DNA of 64,000 bases. Origin: Desulfatiglandales bacterium (lineage in GTDB: Bacteria; Desulfobacterota; DSM-4660; Desulfatiglandales; HGW-15). Position 1 is the stretch's first letter; each line of letters begins with the position of its first letter. A program made the position numbers and the translations under genes. Location of the stretch: NCBI GenBank assembly GCA_963667015.2, contig CAXXJJ010000004.1, positions 640,001-704,000 on the forward strand, in the 5' to 3' direction. The notes beneath the pieces were generated by a model. The model was not told the DNA's origin. It did no database searches and saw nothing but the letters and a program-made list of their open reading frames with translations. Below, piece by piece: positions 10,007-19,953 of this stretch.

Positions 10007-12913
10007 TTACCTCCATAAATCTGTTTCCGTTCTAAGGTATTCCTTTAAGAAGTGATAAGAAGAGTCAGGGGATCCTTCCCAATAACCTTGTCGATTATTT
10101 GGTTCATGCAGATCGTTGTATTCGTTACTGTACTTCTTTACCATATTTAAATCGTTTTTATATTCAACCTCATTGCCCATTTTGCGGTATATCTTAGATC
10201 TGTATAGATAGGCTAAGGCATTATTCGGATCTATTTCTATAACCCTGCTGAAATCAGAAATGGCTTTATCAAGCTGGCCTTTTTTATCATAAGCCAGCCC
10301 TCTTTTGATGTAGCTGGCAAGTGGTCCCATAACTATGAATAGTGTATTTATTACTTGATCGTGGTTATACCGGGTATCTCTTCTATTGTAATAATCACCG
10401 TAACGATCGTTGTAATCATAAGGAGGGTTAAGAAAATATACATGAGAAGTATAATAAGAAAAGGGCTTTTGAATAACTTTAGAATAAAAATTCGGGTTGA
10501 TATTGGTATCAGGGTTTTTAGAGATTATCTCTATTGCCTTGCTGTAATCATATATTGCTTTATCAAGTTCACCCATGTCTTCGTAAGCCATCCCGCGGTT
10601 GTCATATGCATTGATAAGATCAGGGTTTATCTCCAATACCTTGCTATAATCATTAATCGCCTGCCATAGTTCGCCGTTACTGTAATATGCATTGCCTCGA
10701 AACAGGTAATTTCCTGCGTCCCTACCACCCAGTTCAATGGCCTTTGAAAAGTCTTTAATAGCATTGCTGAAGCTGTTATCCGCGAAATAGGCAATGCCCC
10801 TGTTTATGTATGCTAATGAGAATTCGGGATCTATTTTAATTGCCCTGGTATAATCGGAAATAGCCTTTTTATACGATTGTTTCGCGAAATAGGCATTGCC
10901 CCGGTTAATATACGCATTAATATTTTCAGGATCTTTCTTTATGGCCTGTTTATAGTCCTTTATTGCCTTTTCAAAAAATAACTTATCGGCCCATTTCCAG
11001 TTTCTCATGAACTGTTTAAAAAAATCCTTTTGAGCCTGTTTATTGTCCTTCATGGCCTTTTCAAATTCCTCTTTATTCATATATGCCTGTTGCGGGTATA
11101 TGATTTCTTCCCACATATTCACATATGCTAGTCCCCGGTTATTGTACGCTGCAGCATCGCCAGGGTTTATATCTATCGCCTTAGTGTAATCATTTATTGC
11201 CTGTTCATAATCCTGTTTATCCATGTGGAGATTACCGCGAAGCATGTACAGCCCGGCATCAGATTCATTCAGTTCTATTTGCCTGCTTATCTCTGCAATT
11301 GCAGTATCAATATCCTGTTCTTTAGGATCATTTGCGGCATCTTCAGGTGTGACATTTGAAATCGCATTATCGGGGACAGCAGCAGATTTCAAATCAGGAT
11401 ATTCTGCGGTTTCATTCTGTGCCAATACTAGATTTTCTGCCAGATCTTTTATTAATTCGGGTTCGTCGGATGATTGGATACTGGCTAAATCAATCGGCTT
11501 TTCAATCTTATTCATAGCCTTTGTATCAATAGACGCCATAACAATAACCGACTCTTTATTCTCCTGCACCTGATTGTTTGACAATTCTTTCTGAGGCATT
11601 GTTTCGGTATTCGGTATTGACTGCAAATTGTCAGCTTCATTAACAGCTTTTGGTTCGAGTATATTTTCTTGTACAGGTTTTTGGTCCTCTTTTGTTATCG
11701 AAACAATGTTTATTACTTGTATTGGTTCCAGTAATTCTTTTGCTGTATTGTTGAATTCTACTGACTTGACCCGGGCATGAATACCCGCAATGCTAAACGT
11801 CAGAACAGCAATGCACACAAATACTATTGTTTTAAAACTCAATCCTGTATTCATGGCATTACTCCTTTTACTGGACAGGATCTGTTCTACCCTTTTAATA
11901 AGGTTAAAACCTTTCCCGGCCATACCGGAAGCAAATGGTATATTGCTAATCAATGATACCTTTTCTGCCAGGTTCATAAGGCATCTTGAGTAATCCGCTG
12001 GCGAAAGCTCATTTAATACATAATTATCAGATACCTCTTCTCTGGCCTGTTCATGTTCCCTGTTAATGATATATACAAACGGGTTCCACCAGTGAAAGGC
12101 TATTACGAATCGTTTAATGATCCCTGTTATCTGGTCATAGTGGTATATGTGCGCCATCTCATGCAGAAGGATGCTTTTGAGTTCATTATCACTCATAGTA
12201 TCCAACAGTTTTTCAGGGATAATGATTGCAGGATGTATAAAACCAATAGCCATTGGGGACTCTATCAGGGATGAGCGGTAGAGCCTGGGAACAATGCGGC
12301 CTTTCCTGAATAATGTTACCGCAATATTGTTCAGCATATTATTAAAGGATGAATCATTTACAGCTTCAAGGCTGTTTTTAAACATTCTTACTACTATTAA
12401 TCCATAACCAAGCCTTGATAACTGAAAAAGTACCCCGATAATCCATATGAAGCCCAGAATGTTTATAAGGATAATTAAGGTAGAGGATAAACTGATAGAG
12501 TATGGAAAATGTGCCAGGGCCGGAGTCGAATAACCTGTATCGTTAATTAATGGAGTATATGATTGTGTAATAGGGAATTGTGCAGGTTCAATCGGTGATG
12601 GTTTATACTGAATCGGTAATTGTTCATCCTGTTTTAAAACAGGTATAACATCTGATATCGTTTTCTGCTCAATAACAGGGTTTGGTTTACTTTGCCATGA
12701 TATGTCAGCTAAACGAACACCTGTAAAGATCACAATGAGTAATCCCATTGCAATTATTGCAGCAGCACAGACAAGGCTGCGAAGAGGGGCAGGTTTTTTG
12801 GAGAGCATTTTTATCAGAACAAGCCCTGTTATAGATATCAGGATAGACTGTACTCCCAATGTTATAAAAAAACCTGCTGCTTCATGGCTTGTTAATAAAG
12901 AGAGAAAATCCAT
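10007..12913 (-). CDS. BlaR1/M56 zinc metallopeptidase signal transducer with C-terminal TPR domain (paralogue B)
   Basis: Same motifs as paralogue A; central region almost identical in DNA at an offset of 2917 bp. Confidence 0.9.
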   Translation of the reverse strand: MDFLSLLTSHEAAGFFITLGVQSILISITGLVLIKMLSKKPAPLRSLVCAAAIIAMGLLIVIFTGVRLADISWQSKPNPVIEQKTISDVIPVLKQDEQLPIQYKPSPIEPAQFPITQSYTPLINDTGYSTPALAHFPYSISLSSTLIILINILGFIWIIGVLFQLSRLGYGLIVVRMFKNSLEAVNDSSFNNMLNNIAVTLFRKGRIVPRLYRSSLIESPMAIGFIHPAIIIPEKLLDTMSDNELKSILLHEMAHIYHYDQITGIIKRFVIAFHWWNPFVYIINREHEQAREEVSDNYVLNELSPADYSRCLMNLAEKVSLISNIPFASGMAGKGFNLIKRVEQILSSKRSNAMNTGLSFKTIVFVCIAVLTFSIAGIHARVKSVEFNNTAKELLEPIQVINIVSITKEDQKPVQENILEPKAVNEADNLQSIPNTETMPQKELSNNQVQENKESVIVMASIDTKAMNKIEKPIDLASIQSSDEPELIKDLAENLVLAQNETAEYPDLKSAAVPDNAISNVTPEDAANDPKEQDIDTAIAEISRQIELNESDAGLYMLRGNLHMDKQDYEQAINDYTKAIDINPGDAAAYNNRGLAYVNMWEEIIYPQQAYMNKEEFEKAMKDNKQAQKDFFKQFMRNWKWADKLFFEKAIKDYKQAIKKDPENINAYINRGNAYFAKQSYKKAISDYTRAIKIDPEFSLAYINRGIAYFADNSFSNAIKDFSKAIELGGRDAGNYLFRGNAYYSNGELWQAINDYSKVLEINPDLINAYDNRGMAYEDMGELDKAIYDYSKAIEIISKNPDTNINPNFYSKVIQKPFSYYTSHVYFLNPPYDYNDRYGDYYNRRDTRYNHDQVINTLFIVMGPLASYIKRGLAYDKKGQLDKAISDFSRVIEIDPNNALAYLYRSKIYRKMGNEVEYKNDLNMVKKYSNEYNDLHEPNNRQGYWEGSPDSSYHFLKEYLRTETDLWR

Positions 12914-12914
12914 T

Positions 12915-13304
12915 TTATTTCTCCTCGTATTTGTCTATTAACTCCCTCAACTGCCTTATTTCTTCACTTGAAACCGCTGACCTGCTGAAAAATGCCTTTA
13001 CAAGCTCCACACATGAACCGCCAAAAATACGATCACCTATATCCAATGCTATCGCTGCAGATGCTTCGCTTCTGGGTGTTGTTGATGTAAAAATAAACTT
13101 GTTTCCCTCCTGATGGTGGGTAAGCCATCCCTTTTCCTCAAGTCTTCCGACCTGAACCTGGATAGTGGACCTGGTAAGATTGCGCTTATTATTTTTATTT
13201 ACCTGGTTCATGATTTCGGTAACAGTCAGTTCCCCTGAGTTCCAGACCACATTCATTATCTCAAATTCTGAAGGTGTGAGTTTTGGTAAGGCATTTTTTT
13301 TCAT
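12915..13304 (-). CDS. blaI: BlaI/MecI/CopY family transcriptional repressor
   Basis: LTPSEFEIMNVVW, TIQVQVGRLEEKGWL, IFGGS and EEIRQLRELI motifs; directly upstream of the M56 genes. Confidence 0.9.
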   Translation of the reverse strand: MKKNALPKLTPSEFEIMNVVWNSGELTVTEIMNQVNKNNKRNLTRSTIQVQVGRLEEKGWLTHHQEGNKFIFTSTTPRSEASAAIALDIGDRIFGGSCVELVKAFFSRSAVSSEEIRQLRELIDKYEEK

Positions 13305-13319
13305 TTCTCATATCTCCTA

Positions 13320-13364
13320 ATGACATTTGTAATTAATTATGATGACAGACGTCATTAATGTCAA
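13320..13364 (-). promoter_or_regulatory. Sigma70-type promoter of the blaI operon with two candidate BlaI operators
   Basis: Minus-strand TTGACA (13364-13359), 17-bp spacer, CATAAT (13341-13336). Imperfect palindromes ATGACATTTGTAAT (13320-13333) and ATGACAGACGTCAT (13342-13355) lie 22 bp apart and resemble the TACAnnTGTA box of this family. Confidence 0.7.
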
Positions 13365-13385
13365 CATTTTTTAATTTTATTTTAA

Positions 13386-13440
13386 GTGTGAAATACCGGG
13401 GTCTGTGTGAAATACCGGGGTCTGCGCTTGACATTGGACA
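13386..13440 (+). repeat. 19-bp tandem duplication GTGTGAAATACCGGGGTCT running into a GGGGTCTGCGCTTGACATTGGACA repeat-family motif
   Basis: Exact copies at 13386-13404 and 13405-13423. Confidence 0.75.
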
Positions 13441-13607
13441 GATTCGAAGCTGTTCAGCAACAGGGATGAATTTATAAAGGTAATTGATAAGGCAATAAAT
13501 AAAGGGATTAGATCTCCATGCCAAATAGGTGACGCAGGTAAAAAAGCAAATCCAATAGTTTGTTTTATCTTTTTACCTACGCCCCCTTTCCATGATCGTT
13601 ACCAGGA

Positions 13608-15569
13608 TTAAAATCTCCCAATCAGCCTTGAAGCCGCGTATGCGGTGCTGGTTGCGTAAAGGATGTTTGCGGCTTTCCGACATTCGCCGATCATGTGGAA
13701 GTCTTTTGCGCAGCGGTTGAATTTCAAAGCTTCGTCATGGAGAGGTTTCATACCCACGGCATAAATCACCGCATCAGCAGCATAAAACACCTCGCTATCC
13801 GGACCCTGGCATTTTACCCCCTCTCCGGTTATCTCAACAGCCTTCGTATTAAAATGTATGGGTATATTTTTCTGCGTTATCATATCGATAACGGCGCTCT
13901 TGTGCAGGTTGTTGCCGCCGTCGTTTATATCACCGAGCATTTCAACGATTTCGGCGTCAATTCCGAAATCTTTAAGATAAATAGCCAGCTCTGTGCCGAC
14001 AAAACCTGCCCCGAGTATGACAACTCTCCCTTTGACAAGCGATGGGTTTTTAAACACATCAATCGCCTGATACACATTGCTTCCGTTTATCCCCGGAATA
14101 CCCGGCTTTACCGGGTATGAACCGACTGCCGCTATAATGACATCAGGACATTCCGCCTGCGCGTATTCTGGTGTCACCTCAGTATTCAGTCTCAGGTCAA
14201 TACTCGATTTAGCTATCTGAGACCGCTGCAGCAGTATGTAATCATGCAAATCCTGCTTAAACGGCACCTCGGCTTCGCACAGGATTTTACCACCGAGTTC
14301 GCCGCTCTTTTCACATAAAATCACATCATGCCCGTTTTTACTCGCGGTTAGTGCAGCCTGCATTCCGGCTATACCGCCGCCAATAACGAGTACACGCTGC
14401 TTTTCAGGTGTGGGAAGTGCCCTGAACACCTCGCGTTCGCGGCCTATTTCGGGATTGATGGCGCAAATGAGGTCACCGTGCCTCACTCCTTCCGCAAAGC
14501 AGGTAAGGCAGCGCATACACTTGCGTATCTCATCGACGCGACCGCGCCGCACCTTATTCGGAAAATCGGGGTCGCAGACCAGCCCGCGCCCCATATAGAT
14601 AATGTCCGCTTTACCCGAAGCGAGGATTTGCTCCATTAGATAAGGGTCGCTCAGACCGCCGACTGTACCGACAAGCGATTTTTTTACATGTTTTTTTACT
14701 TCCGCCGCGCATTCGACGTTAACGCCAGGCGGATAAAATATGCTAACCTGAGTGCGCGATAATGTTTCAGCTCCGAATCTTTCTATTGCTCCGACAGAAA
14801 CATGGATTATATCCGCATGCCCGTCAAGCTGCTCGGCTATCCGGCAGCCTTCGTCAATGCCATATCCTTCTTTTACGACTTCACTGCCGCTGATTCGAAT
14901 TTCAACAGGGAAATCCTGACCGCAGAGCTGCTTAATCTTATCGATTGCCATGACAGCGAAACGGCAGCGGTTTTCCGGGTTGCCTCCCCATCTGTCAGTT
15001 CTTGTGTTTATGGTCGGTGACATAAACTGCTGCAGGCCAAAGCCGTGGGCGCCATGCAGACATACCATATCAAAATCAGCGTTTTTCGCAGCAAGTGCCG
15101 CGTTTCCAAACTCGTCTATAATTTGCAGGATTTTCTCTTCAGGCATGGCCACGACTTTCTCTCCGAATCGCGGAGCCATATCGACCGGTCCCCATGCGGG
15201 TTTTCCCGGTCCCGTATACATACGGGCATGGATACCGGAAAAGCAGAGCTCTAAAACAGAGACGGCTCCCTGACGTCTTATTGCGCTTGCAAGACGCGGG
15301 TAGTTATAATTACTCATTCGTGTGATTTCACGTGGATATCTCCCCTCCCGATAATCCTCAGGGTCTACGTCGACTTCTCCATATGTGATTGCCGCCGCGC
15401 CGCCCATAGCCTTCCTTTCAAAATATGCGACCGCTTCAAGCGAAGGTTGACCATCGCGTATAACTTCAGCTGAGTTAACCGGTGCCGCGCACATCCTGTG
15501 ACGGAATACTACATTTCCTATTTTCAGCGGGGATAACAGGTGCGGAAATAATTCAAATGCATTTACCAT
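13608..15569 (-). CDS. NADH:flavin oxidoreductase (OYE TIM barrel, 4Fe-4S, FAD domain; FadH/BaiCD-like)
   Basis: HGAHGFGLQQFMSP, NTRTDRWGG, CMRCLTC...CAINP, VIGGGIAG. Confidence 0.9.
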   Translation of the reverse strand: MVNAFELFPHLLSPLKIGNVVFRHRMCAAPVNSAEVIRDGQPSLEAVAYFERKAMGGAAAITYGEVDVDPEDYREGRYPREITRMSNYNYPRLASAIRRQGAVSVLELCFSGIHARMYTGPGKPAWGPVDMAPRFGEKVVAMPEEKILQIIDEFGNAALAAKNADFDMVCLHGAHGFGLQQFMSPTINTRTDRWGGNPENRCRFAVMAIDKIKQLCGQDFPVEIRISGSEVVKEGYGIDEGCRIAEQLDGHADIIHVSVGAIERFGAETLSRTQVSIFYPPGVNVECAAEVKKHVKKSLVGTVGGLSDPYLMEQILASGKADIIYMGRGLVCDPDFPNKVRRGRVDEIRKCMRCLTCFAEGVRHGDLICAINPEIGREREVFRALPTPEKQRVLVIGGGIAGMQAALTASKNGHDVILCEKSGELGGKILCEAEVPFKQDLHDYILLQRSQIAKSSIDLRLNTEVTPEYAQAECPDVIIAAVGSYPVKPGIPGINGSNVYQAIDVFKNPSLVKGRVVILGAGFVGTELAIYLKDFGIDAEIVEMLGDINDGGNNLHKSAVIDMITQKNIPIHFNTKAVEITGEGVKCQGPDSEVFYAADAVIYAVGMKPLHDEALKFNRCAKDFHMIGECRKAANILYATSTAYAASRLIGRF

Positions 15570-16035
15570 GATAAATCACCCTCCTATTTTTAAGAATGAA
15601 GTCTCCAGGTTTCAGAACAGGGAACAATGAACAACCTAAGAGAAAATATATGCAGCGTTCTTTCTCTGGTTCTCCACTCCATTTAGAAAACTTAAAATCG
15701 ATAAGACTTGCAGGGCAGTACGTCTTTGTGCCTGAAATGATACAGTTATTCTTAAAACTTATTTAAGAATAATTCAAGGTTCAAGATTCAACATTCAAAA
15801 TTTAGGATATGACTCTGCCATATCAATCAAATGGTCCCATTGGTGTTAATTTATCTAAACTTATATATAGTTGGATATTAATTTATTTAATAATGATTAT
15901 TCGTCTTCTTTTACCATAATGCGCTACGTTCAATAGACAATCCGGTATTTGGCAAACTTCAGGTATTTCTTTTCATTTCTTATTAAAGCCGGATTAAAAA
16001 TAAGCCGAAAAAGCTATTAGAAGGAATATATTGTT

Positions 16036-16641
16036 ATGATCGGATCGGTTTCAGATTCAACATTTGCCTATGGTAACCATTCCCTTAAGGAGCGGTACAA
16101 TACAGGCAATAAAGAAGCAAAATCCGAATCAGTAAAAGAGCAGTCGTTAAAAAATGAATCTGTCTCTTCCGGTTCTTCCCCGGAATTAACTGATGAGGAG
16201 ATACGGCAGGTTGCAGAGCTCAAGCAGCGTGACACTGAAGTGCGCGCACACGAGGCTGCTCATATAGCAGCAGGCGGAGTGTTTGTACGCGGAGGCGCCT
16301 CCTTCAGTTATCAGACAGGGCCTGATAATGGCCGCTACGCTGTTGGCGGAGAGGTGAATATTGATACATCACCGGTAAACGGTGATCCGGAAGCAACCAT
16401 AAGAAAGATGCAGACTGTGCGAAGTGCAGCGCTTGCTCCGGCCAATCCTTCCGGTCAGGACCGCTCGGTTGCGGCAAAAGCATCCACCCGGGAAGCCCGG
16501 GCTCAACAGGAGCTTGCTAAGGAACGTGCCGAGGAAGTAAAAGAAAACAGCGAAAAACACACAACTGCAGCATCCGAGTATAAAAAGAACGATAATCCAT
16601 CAATTGAAAGTACCGGTCAAAATATAGATTTATCTGTTTAA
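16036..16641 (+). CDS. SprA-related putative metalloprotease family protein
   Basis: LKQRDTEVRAHEAAH, YQTGPDNGRYAVGGEV and AALAPANPSGQDRSVAA motifs. Confidence 0.8.
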   Translation: MIGSVSDSTFAYGNHSLKERYNTGNKEAKSESVKEQSLKNESVSSGSSPELTDEEIRQVAELKQRDTEVRAHEAAHIAAGGVFVRGGASFSYQTGPDNGRYAVGGEVNIDTSPVNGDPEATIRKMQTVRSAALAPANPSGQDRSVAAKASTREARAQQELAKERAEEVKENSEKHTTAASEYKKNDNPSIESTGQNIDLSV

Positions 16642-16673
16642 TAATAAACCTTTAACAGGTAAGGAGAATTACA

Positions 16674-17090
16674 ATGCTGTATAACGAATTAAAGCAGGAC
16701 TTGAAAGAGTCTATGAAAATAAAAAATATGGAAAGAGTAAATGCTCTGCGAGTTATTATGGGAGAATTCCCAAGACTTAATAAATTAGCCGGTGAACTTC
16801 CTACTGATGATGAAGTATTGAAGATATTGAAAAGTCTTAAGAAGAATGAAGAATTGGTACTGGAAAAATCAAATAAAACTGATTCAATATATCTTAATGT
16901 TATTGAAAGTTACCTGCCTAAAATGATGTCCAGAGAAGAAATTAAAGCCTTCATTCTTTCATCAGGTATTGATACTAACAATGGTGGAAATACAGGGCAA
17001 TTAACAGGCCAGGTAATGAAAGATTTAAAGGGAAAAGCTGAAGGCAGCGTGGTAAAAGAAGTATTAACTGAAATGATGAATGAGAATTAA
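16674..17090 (+). CDS. GatB/YqeY domain protein
   Basis: LKQDLKESMK...LRVI, IESYLPKMMSREEI, GQVMKDLKGKAEG; AAGGAG RBS. Confidence 0.8.
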   Translation: MLYNELKQDLKESMKIKNMERVNALRVIMGEFPRLNKLAGELPTDDEVLKILKSLKKNEELVLEKSNKTDSIYLNVIESYLPKMMSREEIKAFILSSGIDTNNGGNTGQLTGQVMKDLKGKAEGSVVKEVLTEMMNEN

Positions 17091-17256
17091 AATTCCAGCA
17101 GAAGATATACGACTTTCTAGATTTTGTTGATGCTATGAACAGGGAATAATTACAATTGTAAAAACAGGTGAATTACTTTTGATTTCCATGTATGATAAGG
17201 ATCTTATTAAGCTGTAGCCAGAATAGAATATAGTCAACCTGTTATCGGAGGTTTTT

Positions 17257-17589
17257 ATGTTTTGCCCAAAATGTAAAGCTGAATACAGAGAAGGTATTTT
17301 AAAGTGTGCAGACTGTGATGTTGAGCTTGTTCCTGAATTATCTCCCGATCCGGAAGAAATACCGGAGTATGTTGACTGGGTAAAGATTTACACCTTTACA
17401 GACAGGTATGAGGCTGACCTTGCACAGGGGCTTCTGGAGGCAAATGATGTTCCTGCTGTTGTATATGCTGATGACTGCGGAAGTGTTGATCCGGCATTGA
17501 CCTGGGCAAGGGGTGTTCGATTGATGGTTAAAAAAGAGGATATTGATCAGGCAAAAGAGATCCTTGTTGATGCGGATTATGAGTTTTAA
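17257..17589 (+). CDS. Zinc-ribbon plus DUF2007 (putative signal-transducing) protein
   Basis: MFCPKCKAEYREG..CADC..ELV and EADLAQGLLEANDVP...VRLMV; GGAGG RBS. Confidence 0.75.
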   Translation: MFCPKCKAEYREGILKCADCDVELVPELSPDPEEIPEYVDWVKIYTFTDRYEADLAQGLLEANDVPAVVYADDCGSVDPALTWARGVRLMVKKEDIDQAKEILVDADYEF

Positions 17590-17600
17590 AAGGTAAGATA

Positions 17601-17915
17601 ATGGAAGAAAAAGACCTGGAAATTCTGCAGAAGATAGCCGACGGATACCCGAAGGATTCCGATGAATATGCAGCCCTTTCAATGGCTGCAAAGGCACTTG
17701 TCTTTGTTGCCGGAGAAGAGGCCAGGTCGGATTTTAAAGAGTATATCAGTCGTACGACCAAACCTTTAAATGCCCTGGATCTTATTTATATAAAACAGTG
17801 CGGGATTGAAATTCCTGAGGAATTGAGAAATGAAAAGGTCAATGAGCTGGAAAAGGATATTGACGAAATAGTTGCAAAATTTAATTCATATAATGAATCG
17901 ATAGAACAGGGTTAA
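17601..17915 (+). CDS. Hypothetical protein
   Basis: 104-aa ORF 11 bp after the previous gene; no recognised motif. Confidence 0.6.
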   Translation: MEEKDLEILQKIADGYPKDSDEYAALSMAAKALVFVAGEEARSDFKEYISRTTKPLNALDLIYIKQCGIEIPEELRNEKVNELEKDIDEIVAKFNSYNESIEQG

Positions 17916-18120
17916 TTCTTCTCACTTAACCCCTGGACACCTTTCTTTAAATTTTTTCACACATTTTTCATATTATATTCTTACTCATTTCTCATAAATA
18001 TATCATAATTTCAGCATTTATTAACAAGGGTGCCACTGATATTGAATGGCACTTTCGTTAATACCCTCCCAAACCCTCCCTTTAGTGGGGAGGGTTTACA
18101 GGTAAAAAAAACCGAAGTCT

Positions 18121-18315
18121 CATGCAGCTAAAAGCGCAAATAAACTGAAACCGGATATTATTGTGTGCACAGGGGAGTATGCGCATAAATGGCATGCTAA
18201 AAATCAGGTTAATGAAGCATGGGAGATACTTTCAAAACTAAGGGCAAAACACGGTGTCTACTCGGTACTGGATAACCATGACCACTGGGCCGATACAGCA
18301 CTGTCTATCGAGTGA
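18121..18315 (+). pseudogene. Internal fragment of a calcineurin-like metallophosphoesterase (YkuE-type)
   Basis: Manual translation ANKLKPDIIVCTGEY...LSKLRAKHGVYSVLDNHDHW. The canonical TGD and GNHD motifs are both mutated; no start codon. Confidence 0.7.
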
Positions 18316-18358
18316 TTGATACCTGCATAAATTCATTAAAACTCCAATATATTACCTC

Positions 18359-18400
18359 TTGACAATACCATATTATTACCCTATTAATATGCATATTAAT
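18359..18400 (+). promoter_or_regulatory. Promoter of the mocR operon with a perfect 18-bp palindrome
   Basis: TTGACA at 18359-18364; ATTAATATGCATATTAAT at 18383-18400 overlaps the AT-rich -10 region. Confidence 0.55.
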
Positions 18401-18414
18401 TAACAGGAGAAAGC

Positions 18415-19953
18415 ATGGTCCAGATAAAAATCAAAAAGGATTCCGGAGAGCCGCTTTATATACAGATTCGCAATGCAATCGAAGATGCTGTAAAAAAAGG
18501 CAATCTAAAACCCGGCGATCAACTTCCGGCTGTAACAACCCTTGCCAGAGAAATAGGCGTTACCCATTCAACAATACGCAGGGCATTTGAAGATTTAACT
18601 GCCCAGGGCCTTATAGGGTCACATGTGGGCAGGGGTACATTTATCCTTGATCCAGGCAAACAGGCACAAAAAGAAACACCCTCCTCCCCTGATAAAAATT
18701 CAGCCGCTGATTCAAGAATAAATGGAGAATTCACCACGGCTGCCAGGAGGCTTCGCATGGGCATTGCAAAAAGCCTTGAAGCCTTGATGGATCTTGCAAA
18801 AAGGCCGGGACTGATTCATTTCACATCAGGCGTACCCGACCCGGCTCTTCTGGAAGGCGGAGTGCTTGCACGCCTCACTAAAAGCGCTCTTAAATCAGGT
18901 GAAGAGAAATATTACATTTATGGTGAATCACCTCTCGGATTAAAGGAACTCAGGGAAGTTCTGGCAGAGAGATTTAACGCCGAGGGAATGAATATAACCG
19001 CTGATAATATACTGATAACAAACGGTTCCCAGCAGGCAGCATCTATCCTTGCCCAGTCTGCACTGGAGAATAAACAGCGGGTCATATGCGAAACACCGTG
19101 CTGGCTCGGAATCCCACGAGCATTCGGGGCGATAGGACACTGGGTAGAGACCGTTTCAAGAGACAGGGATGGAGTGATTATAAAAAAGCTTGAGCGTTTC
19201 AACGGCGGGCCCCATTCTCTGCTCTACCTGTGCCCTGAATTTCATCACCCCATGGGTACAGACCTGAGCGCCGAAAGACAAACTCAGATCATTAACCGGG
19301 CAAGAGCACAGAATACAGACATACTTGCGGATGAAATCTTTCATGACCTTAGATTTGAAGGACCTTTAAGAAAAAGCATAATGGTTGAAGCCGGAAAAAA
19401 GAATTGCTTTGTTATGGGCTCTCTTTCAAAATCCTTTATGGTAGGCCTGAGGATCGGCTGGCTGATTGGAGACGAAGAGCGGATCAAATCTTTATGCAAT
19501 CTTAAAAGGTCAATTGACCTTGGCTCTCCTGCCCTGATGCAGGGCATAGCGCTCTCTCTTTTAAAATCAGGGGAATATGATACGCACCTTGAAAAGGCAA
19601 GGGAACATTACAGGATAAGGCGTGACACCATAATCGAGACATTGGAGCAAAACATGCCCAGGGGCGTTACATGGACAAGGCCTGACGGAGGGTTTCATAT
19701 GTGGGTGGAACTGCCAAAGGGGTATTCCAGTATTGCCCTCTTCCTTCACGCGGTTGAAAGAGGAGTGGCATTTTTACCCGGCCCAATGCAGGATCTTGAT
19801 CACAGATTTATAAATGCCTTTCGTGTATCCTACAGCGGTATTACACCGGATCAGATCAAGGCAGGTATTAAGAACCTTGGTAAAGCAGTAAAGGAATTAT
19901 TAAAGGGTGCACCAAATGACCCGGGCCTTAGCGGTCTTGGAGATTTTATATGA
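18415..19953 (+). CDS. MocR/GabR-subfamily GntR regulator (wHTH plus PLP aminotransferase-like domain)
   Basis: PLYIQI...LKPGDQLP...TIRRAFEDL...GRGTF; ITNGSQQA; GSLSK PLP-lysine motif. Confidence 0.9.
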   Translation: MVQIKIKKDSGEPLYIQIRNAIEDAVKKGNLKPGDQLPAVTTLAREIGVTHSTIRRAFEDLTAQGLIGSHVGRGTFILDPGKQAQKETPSSPDKNSAADSRINGEFTTAARRLRMGIAKSLEALMDLAKRPGLIHFTSGVPDPALLEGGVLARLTKSALKSGEEKYYIYGESPLGLKELREVLAERFNAEGMNITADNILITNGSQQAASILAQSALENKQRVICETPCWLGIPRAFGAIGHWVETVSRDRDGVIIKKLERFNGGPHSLLYLCPEFHHPMGTDLSAERQTQIINRARAQNTDILADEIFHDLRFEGPLRKSIMVEAGKKNCFVMGSLSKSFMVGLRIGWLIGDEERIKSLCNLKRSIDLGSPALMQGIALSLLKSGEYDTHLEKAREHYRIRRDTIIETLEQNMPRGVTWTRPDGGFHMWVELPKGYSSIALFLHAVERGVAFLPGPMQDLDHRFINAFRVSYSGITPDQIKAGIKNLGKAVKELLKGAPNDPGLSGLGDFI

